IMG/VR virus record: IMGVR_UViG_3300045988_072133
Span: 1-64,000 of that record
Length of the DNA: 64,000 bases
DNA from: a virus
Strand: one strand, 5' to 3'
Of this stretch, positions 59,642 through 64,000 are shown one piece after another. The notes under the pieces are model-generated. The model made no database searches, was not told the DNA's origin, and saw only the letters and a list, made by a program, of their open reading frames with translations. The stretch's first letter is position 1. Every line of letters starts with the position of its first letter. The translations under genes were made by a program, and so were the position numbers.

Positions 59642-60121
59642 TTAACATACTAGTTTCTTAGCCTTCGGAGGAGTAACTTCTGTTACTTCCCAATCAAAGT
59701 CATCCACTTTAAAGAAGATATTGGCACTGTCAATAAGTAGTGCAATCTTACCATCTATCTCAAACATGGGGATCTCAAAATCTAGAGTTTCATTATAAAA
59801 CTCATCCGGCATGTCTGCTTTGGTCTCATCTTTAGTGAAACGCTTCCGAGCGTACTTTGAGAAGTCAATCTGTACCAGATCCCCAGGTTTATATTCTCGT
59901 ACTCCAGGTCCTACAGCAATAACTTCCTGTACTTCTTTAAGCATACCTACAGAGTCTTTTTCAATAAGACCTGCTTCACTTACACACTCTTCCTCAGTGT
60001 AAGTATTAGATGTCACTATCATCTTCGTGAATGGAGGTGTCACCTTCTTTATCTTGAACTGCTTTCTTTGCATATTCTTTAAATCGCTTATTAAGGAATT
60101 GAGCTCGGGAATATGTTGCAT
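59642..60121 (-). CDS. GroES/Cpn10-like co-chaperonin candidate (159 aa; probably from internal Met, ~126 aa)
   Basis: KMIVTSNTYTEEECVSEAGLIEKD...QEVIAVGPGVREYKPGDLVQIDFSKY...GKIALLIDSANIFFKV parallels GroES RVIVKR...ETKSAGGIVL...GEVLAVGNG...VKVGDIVIF...EVLIMSESDILAIV. Confidence 0.45.
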   Translation of the reverse strand: MQHIPELNSLISDLKNMQRKQFKIKKVTPPFTKMIVTSNTYTEEECVSEAGLIEKDSVGMLKEVQEVIAVGPGVREYKPGDLVQIDFSKYARKRFTKDETKADMPDEFYNETLDFEIPMFEIDGKIALLIDSANIFFKVDDFDWEVTEVTPPKAKKLVC

Positions 60122-60329
60122 AAAACTTGCCTAAGCTAGGAACATTAATGCTAGTCTGCATCTTTGTAAACTCTTCTTCTGTCATTTCCTCATTTACAGG
60201 AACATTTTCCAATGTATTCTTAACCCAATTCCAATATTCTCTATAAGCTATTTCTACTACGTCATCTGGCATATCTAATTTCTTAGCAGCAGCCAAAATT
60301 ATATCTTGGAGAGTCTTATTATTTATCAT
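60006..60329 (-). CDS. hypothetical acidic protein (107 aa)
   Basis: ORF only; overlaps neighbour. Confidence 0.3.
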   Translation of the reverse strand: MINNKTLQDIILAAAKKLDMPDDVVEIAYREYWNWVKNTLENVPVNEEMTEEEFTKMQTSINVPSLGKFYATYSRAQFLNKRFKEYAKKAVQDKEGDTSIHEDDSDI

Positions 60330-60732
60330 AACTAATCCTAAAATTTAGTAATAGCCTATAAGAGTCCTCTTCATATTCTAAAGAGGGAATGTATCTTTTA
60401 CTAATTGTATTATTAGTAATAACTCCTGCTTTTCGTAGATTTGTTAATACTGACTGAAAGTTTCCCGGAGATATGCCTAAGCTTCCTACAATACCTTTTT
60501 TAATCTCATCAGTGAACAAAACTTTGTCCAGTATATCATCATCTGTAATTGTTCTAGATAATTCAAATCTACGTTGTAATAGTGCTGCTAACACTGCGAC
60601 TTCCCTACCAGGTAATCTATGTAAAGGCTTAAGAAACTCTAGCCAGAGCTTAAAAAAGTTGAGACTAGAGGTCTTTAAATTGGTAGAGATAGACACAATG
60701 TCAGTATTCTTAGTCATATCCCGCTTACTCAT
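60319..60732 (-). CDS. HTH DNA-binding protein (137 aa); regulator or TerS-like
   Basis: Helix-turn-helix-like GISPGNFQSVLTNLRKAGVI. Confidence 0.35.
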   Translation of the reverse strand: MSKRDMTKNTDIVSISTNLKTSSLNFFKLWLEFLKPLHRLPGREVAVLAALLQRRFELSRTITDDDILDKVLFTDEIKKGIVGSLGISPGNFQSVLTNLRKAGVITNNTISKRYIPSLEYEEDSYRLLLNFRISYDK

Positions 60733-61040
60733 TATTCTACATCTTTATCTGCTTCACAAGTTTCACATGAATCCGGTTCAGGAATTGTGAGCATATTCTC
60801 AATATTAATAACCGCTTTACTTACAAAATCTTCACTAAAGAGATCCTTATACTTAAGGACGTTGAATAAACTATCAAGGCGTTTACCCATAACAACTTCC
60901 ATAGCTCGATTGTACTCTACTAATAGCTGCTGATACTCTTTATGCTTATTCTGTAGCTGTACCTGTAGGTTATTAGCGATATCCTTAAGTTGCTCATAGT
61001 TTAACTTCTCCGGCTGTTTTGCTTCCATAGCTTTAGTCAT
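60732..61040 (-). CDS. hypothetical coiled-coil protein (102 aa)
   Basis: ORF only; C-terminal CETCE. Confidence 0.3.
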   Translation of the reverse strand: MTKAMEAKQPEKLNYEQLKDIANNLQVQLQNKHKEYQQLLVEYNRAMEVVMGKRLDSLFNVLKYKDLFSEDFVSKAVINIENMLTIPEPDSCETCEADKDVE

Positions 61041-61042
61041 AA

Positions 61043-61300
61043 TTAAAATTCTTTACCATATTTAGCTCTGTAGAGAGCATTCCATTCATTAATAGACGTT
61101 GTAGATATATCTGTACTACCACAATCATTACAATATTCAGAGATGCCTGATTCATTATAGGCCATAATTGCTAAACTAAGGCACTTTTTACAGTAGAATA
61201 CAGGCTCTCTATTATAGTCCTCTTTACTCCACTTAACCTTCTCAAAATCGGAAGGAGACTCTAAAGGAGGACACTTAGGCTTAATTAATTCTCCTTCCAT
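61043..61300 (-). CDS. zinc-ribbon protein (85 aa)
   Basis: CPP...CKKC...CNDCGS cysteine pairs. Confidence 0.4.
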   Translation of the reverse strand: MEGELIKPKCPPLESPSDFEKVKWSKEDYNREPVFYCKKCLSLAIMAYNESGISEYCNDCGSTDISTTSINEWNALYRAKYGKEF

Positions 61301-61569
61301 TGTTTAAGATATTGATTAAAATCTATTTTTCTAAAAGCGTCAATAATTCTTAATTCAGTAGAACTAATATTTTTCTCTGTCATATCCTCAGATTCATCAC
61401 TTACTATAAAAAGTGTCTGAAATCCTTTATCATATAAGAGCTGAAGTTCTAGACCAATAGATACTTTATTATTTTCAGCTGAGAATGGACCCCATAATAT
61501 TAACTTATAGGGAGGAGTATAAGCTTCATTAAACGCCTCAATATAAGCTGTTAGATGCTTCATTCTCAT
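61285..61569 (-). CDS. hypothetical protein (94 aa)
   Basis: ORF only. Confidence 0.3.
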   Translation of the reverse strand: MRMKHLTAYIEAFNEAYTPPYKLILWGPFSAENNKVSIGLELQLLYDKGFQTLFIVSDESEDMTEKNISSTELRIIDAFRKIDFNQYLKQWKEN

Positions 61570-63052
61570 TAATTATTACACATTTAGTAGATAAGAACAT
61601 ATATGCTACAGAAAGCGCATTCTCTATAGAGACTCTTGTTACTTTAGCAGGGTCTAAAATATTAGACTCTAAAGCATCTTCATAATAGATAGGCATAGTG
61701 TCAAGAATAAGCTTTCTACATGCCATGAGAGCTTTAGCTAAAATATAATATCCTTTCTTCTCTAAAGTCTTAGAGATGTCTTCCTGTATAATGCCTGCTC
61801 CTACAACTACTCCTTCTTCAATAGCAGCTCTAGTAGCACATACTGCATCCTCAATCCTATCTTTCTTCTCAGACATTTCAATTTCTGTAGGTGCTCCTAC
61901 ATAAATAACAGCTACTCCACCAGATAATTTAGCAATTCGAGATTTAATATCATCTATAAGATATTTAGGATAATCGTTTTTTAATGACTCCTTAAGCATC
62001 TCTACTCTTGCTTTAATTGATTCATTAGCTTCAGTTGAACCAATAATAGTAGTATTGTCTGAAGTCACTACGACTCTTTTAACTGTACCTAACTTAATAT
62101 CATCTGTTGATGATGGATATCCCTTTAAAGGTATAATAGGTAGTTTATCATATACTGGAGATCCTGTAATTATTGAAATATCTTCTAAAAGATCTTTCTT
62201 ATATTCACCTACACCAGGCGCTCGAATTGCTGCTATTTTAAGCAATCCTCTTTGGACATTCCTAACTATAGCATTAATTACTTCAGGTGAGTAGTCATTA
62301 GCTATAAGTAGGATTTCTTCATTGTCTTGTACTATATATTCAAGGATTGAGAATAGCTCCTTAATATTATTTAGGATACCATTGTAAATTAGTACTCTAG
62401 GATTATTTAATACTACTGCTCTATTAGCAGGGTCATTAATAAAATAAGGAGAGATATATCCCTTATTAATTTGCATCCCTTCTACGGTTTCGGCATATGT
62501 ATCAAAGCCATTAGACTCTTCTAGAGTAATAACACCATCATATCCTATCTTTGATATAACATCTGCAATTAGCGTACCTATAAATTCATCCCCATTAGCA
62601 GAAATAGTAGCTATATGCTTGATGCTATCCGGAGTATCACCAACTTTGGTGGCTAGGGATTTAATAACCTCCCTAGCGACCTCGTTGGATTTCTCTAACT
62701 CTGCTCTTATAGCTTTAGGATCTGCACCTGCAACAAGTTGCTGATAGATGAGATTGATTAAAGCTTGAGCGATGATAGTTGATGTTGTAGTCCCATCTCC
62801 TGCCATATCTGCTGTCTTAGCAGCAGCTTCTTTGACAAGCTGTACACCTACATCATATAGTGGCTCTGAAGAATTTATAGCTCTGGCTACAGTAACACCG
62901 TCCTTCGTAACCTTCGGATAGTTATCCTCATATATAACTACTGTATTACCTTTAGGTCCGAAGGTAACCTTTACAGCATCTGCTAAAAGGTCAACTCCTT
63001 TCTTAACCTCAGAAAGAGCATCTAAACCAAATACTATATCCTTACTCTTCAT
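61538..63052 (-). CDS. GroEL/Cpn60-like chaperonin (504 aa), lacking the C-terminal GGM tail
   Basis: N-terminus KDIVFGLDALSEVKKGVDLLADAVKVTFGPKGNTVV...VTKDGVTVARAI...AGDGTTTSTIIAQAL matches GroEL KDVKFG...LADAVKVTLGPKGRNVV...ITKDGVSVAREI...AGDGTTTATVLAQAI; AIEEGVVVGAGI near C-terminus. Confidence 0.85.
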   Translation of the reverse strand: MKSKDIVFGLDALSEVKKGVDLLADAVKVTFGPKGNTVVIYEDNYPKVTKDGVTVARAINSSEPLYDVGVQLVKEAAAKTADMAGDGTTTSTIIAQALINLIYQQLVAGADPKAIRAELEKSNEVAREVIKSLATKVGDTPDSIKHIATISANGDEFIGTLIADVISKIGYDGVITLEESNGFDTYAETVEGMQINKGYISPYFINDPANRAVVLNNPRVLIYNGILNNIKELFSILEYIVQDNEEILLIANDYSPEVINAIVRNVQRGLLKIAAIRAPGVGEYKKDLLEDISIITGSPVYDKLPIIPLKGYPSSTDDIKLGTVKRVVVTSDNTTIIGSTEANESIKARVEMLKESLKNDYPKYLIDDIKSRIAKLSGGVAVIYVGAPTEIEMSEKKDRIEDAVCATRAAIEEGVVVGAGIIQEDISKTLEKKGYYILAKALMACRKLILDTMPIYYEDALESNILDPAKVTRVSIENALSVAYMFLSTKCVIINENEASNSLY

Positions 63053-63053
63053 A

Positions 63054-63446
63054 TTAAAGAAGTTTACTAATAAGTTTATTCATTTCAGTAATAGCGTCTG
63101 CCAGTTCCTTAACTAAGGCTTTTGAATCAGCAGGACTAAATTCATCTTCTGTTAAATCTTCAGGAACTTTCTCATCCTTTCCCTCATTAATACATTCTCT
63201 ATGAAGAATAAACCAAGACATACTGTGAATATCCTCTTGTGAGGGAACATATTCTACTGCTCCAATGGGAGTCACCAACATTAGCAAAGGTTTCTTAGGA
63301 TACCCATAATCTACATGAGGTAGGACTTCCATAATTACACTGCCATTTGAGGCATATTTGGATTTTGTCATGACTAGATTATCAGGATCCTCCATAATTT
63401 TACTTAAGGCTTCACCAAAGGTGTAATACTTTCTTCTTGCTTCCAT
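63054..63446 (-). CDS. hypothetical protein (130 aa)
   Basis: ORF only; TAA-T-ATG spacing to groEL-like gene. Confidence 0.3.
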   Translation of the reverse strand: MEARRKYYTFGEALSKIMEDPDNLVMTKSKYASNGSVIMEVLPHVDYGYPKKPLLMLVTPIGAVEYVPSQEDIHSMSWFILHRECINEGKDEKVPEDLTEDEFSPADSKALVKELADAITEMNKLISKLL

Positions 63447-63459
63447 AATTAATTATTGA

Positions 63460-63642
63460 TTATTTCTCCTTATTTACTACTTCCTTGCCAAACTTATCAA
63501 TAGCCCAGTAGGAAGCGATACCTGCAGCATAACTGCACAGACTCAACAATGTCCCATAAAAAGGGACAATTTTAATCATTGCGACAATAGCTAAAACAAC
63601 AGCTGTGCCAATCCCAATTTTAATCCAAGTTTTCTTGCTCAT
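63460..63642 (-). CDS. small two-TM membrane protein (60 aa)
   Basis: IKIGIGTAVVLAIVAMIKIV and LLSLCSYAAGIASYWAI hydrophobic segments. Confidence 0.35.
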   Translation of the reverse strand: MSKKTWIKIGIGTAVVLAIVAMIKIVPFYGTLLSLCSYAAGIASYWAIDKFGKEVVNKEK

Positions 63643-63661
63643 AAAAGTTAAATTTAATTAG

Positions 63662-63734
63662 CTGGGAGAACAGGGTTCGAACCTGCGTTACCTTGATTAA
63701 CAGTCAAGTGCCTAAACCATTCAGCCATCTCCCA
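63662..63734 (-). tRNA. tRNA-Asn (anticodon GUU), CCA not encoded
   Basis: Manual fold of reverse complement: acceptor TGGGAGA/TCTCCCA 7 bp; D-arm GCTG..AGGC; anticodon stem CTTGA/TCAAG with loop CTGTTAA (U33, GUU, A37); 5-nt variable loop; T-arm GCAGG-TTCGAAC-CCTGT; discriminator G. Confidence 0.75.
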
Positions 63735-63798
63735 AAGAAAGGGTTTTATGGACTTTGTAAAGAACTTTACATTACCAAGGGTACACCCTTACCCGTGC

Positions 63799-63815
63799 CA
63801 GCAGAGAACCTGCTG
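63799..63815. promoter_or_regulatory. perfect hairpin CAGCAG-AGAAC-CTGCTG in right-end noncoding region
   Basis: 6-bp perfect inverted repeat; neighbouring GGGTA-caccct-TACCC and ACCCT-tgt-AGGGT hairpins; repeated ACCCTT. Confidence 0.3.
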
Positions 63816-64000
63816 CATTTGACATGAATAATAGTATTTATTGACAACTACCCTTGTAGGGTTACACAAGCTAAAATAATACCTATAAATACAAACTATA
63901 GCTTAGTAAACTATTAAAGGCTAGGAATTTAATTAGAAACCCAATACTACCTCCTAGTACTGTTAATATCCAATCAATCCAATCCCATTTACCTCCATGC

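Noticed and set aside
22154-62294. Other nested or antisense small ORFs (for example 22154-22384, 23141-23356, 25078-25269, 27415-27612, 28230-28415, 30936-31157, 31867-32061, 36656-36850, 36958-37140, 40490-40898, 41232-41459, 42748-42972, 43572-43784, 43977-44165, 44537-44719, 44965-45165, 47014-47196, 48420-48734, 49323-49682, 50203-50430, 50876-51061, 53747-53932, 54390-54623, 55404-55649, 59811-60002, 60473-60790, 62055-62294) and minus ORFs 3780-3965, 4270-4536 inside thyX/guaC-like genes
   Set aside because: Overlap longer, motif-bearing genes on the opposite strand or in another frame; composition typical of spurious frames.
1-64000. CRISPR array, integrase/attachment site, rRNA
   Set aside because: Coding density is near-continuous. 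No regularly spaced direct repeats, no tyrosine/serine recombinase motifs, no rRNA-like stretches. The tRNA-Asn sits inside a phage operon, not at a prophage boundary visible here.

Overview
This window reads as a crAss-like (Crassvirales-type) podophage genome segment, inferred from gene content and architecture; no database search was possible. Nt 1-5510 (+ strand) end a replication/nucleotide-metabolism block: family B DNA polymerase (5'-truncated by the window edge), thioredoxin, a small MazG/DUF1599-like ORF, a calcineurin-like phosphoesterase, flavin-dependent thymidylate synthase ThyX, a GMP-reductase/IMPDH-family enzyme and one small ORF. That block converges on a bidirectional intrinsic terminator at about 5517-5553. 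Nt 5569-63642 form one uninterrupted minus-strand block of about 58 kb. It runs, in transcription order, from a tRNA-Asn(GUU) through a GroEL-like chaperonin, small early-like ORFs (including a GroES-like ORF, an HTH protein and a Zn-ribbon protein), TerL, a putative portal, a tail-fibre cassette (collagen-like fibre, Ig-like protein, repeat-containing fibres), a lysis-like cassette, the putative major capsid protein, several unassigned virion proteins, a DEDD exonuclease translationally coupled to a GIY-YIG homing endonuclease, and three giant genes. The giant genes encode 2084, 3764 and 1715 aa. The 3764-aa product carries a DYDID aspartate triad and is called here as a virion-packaged RNA polymerase. 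Many genes are coupled by TAATG stop/start overlaps. Shine-Dalgarno sites are mostly absent (TerL is an exception) and TAnnTTTG-type promoter motifs occur, consistent with, but not proving, a Bacteroidota host. Most notable: (1) the phage appears to encode both a GroEL-like and a GroES-like protein; (2) the giant vRNAP candidate and its giant neighbours; (3) intrinsic terminators built from 9-11 nt G homopolymers, plus a C8 tract in the 5' end of a fibre gene; (4) a near-identical 24-nt promoter-like element recurring at two intergenic sites; (5) a GIY-YIG HEG coupled to a DEDD exonuclease inside the structural block. No CRISPR array, reverse transcriptase, integrase or rRNA is visible.
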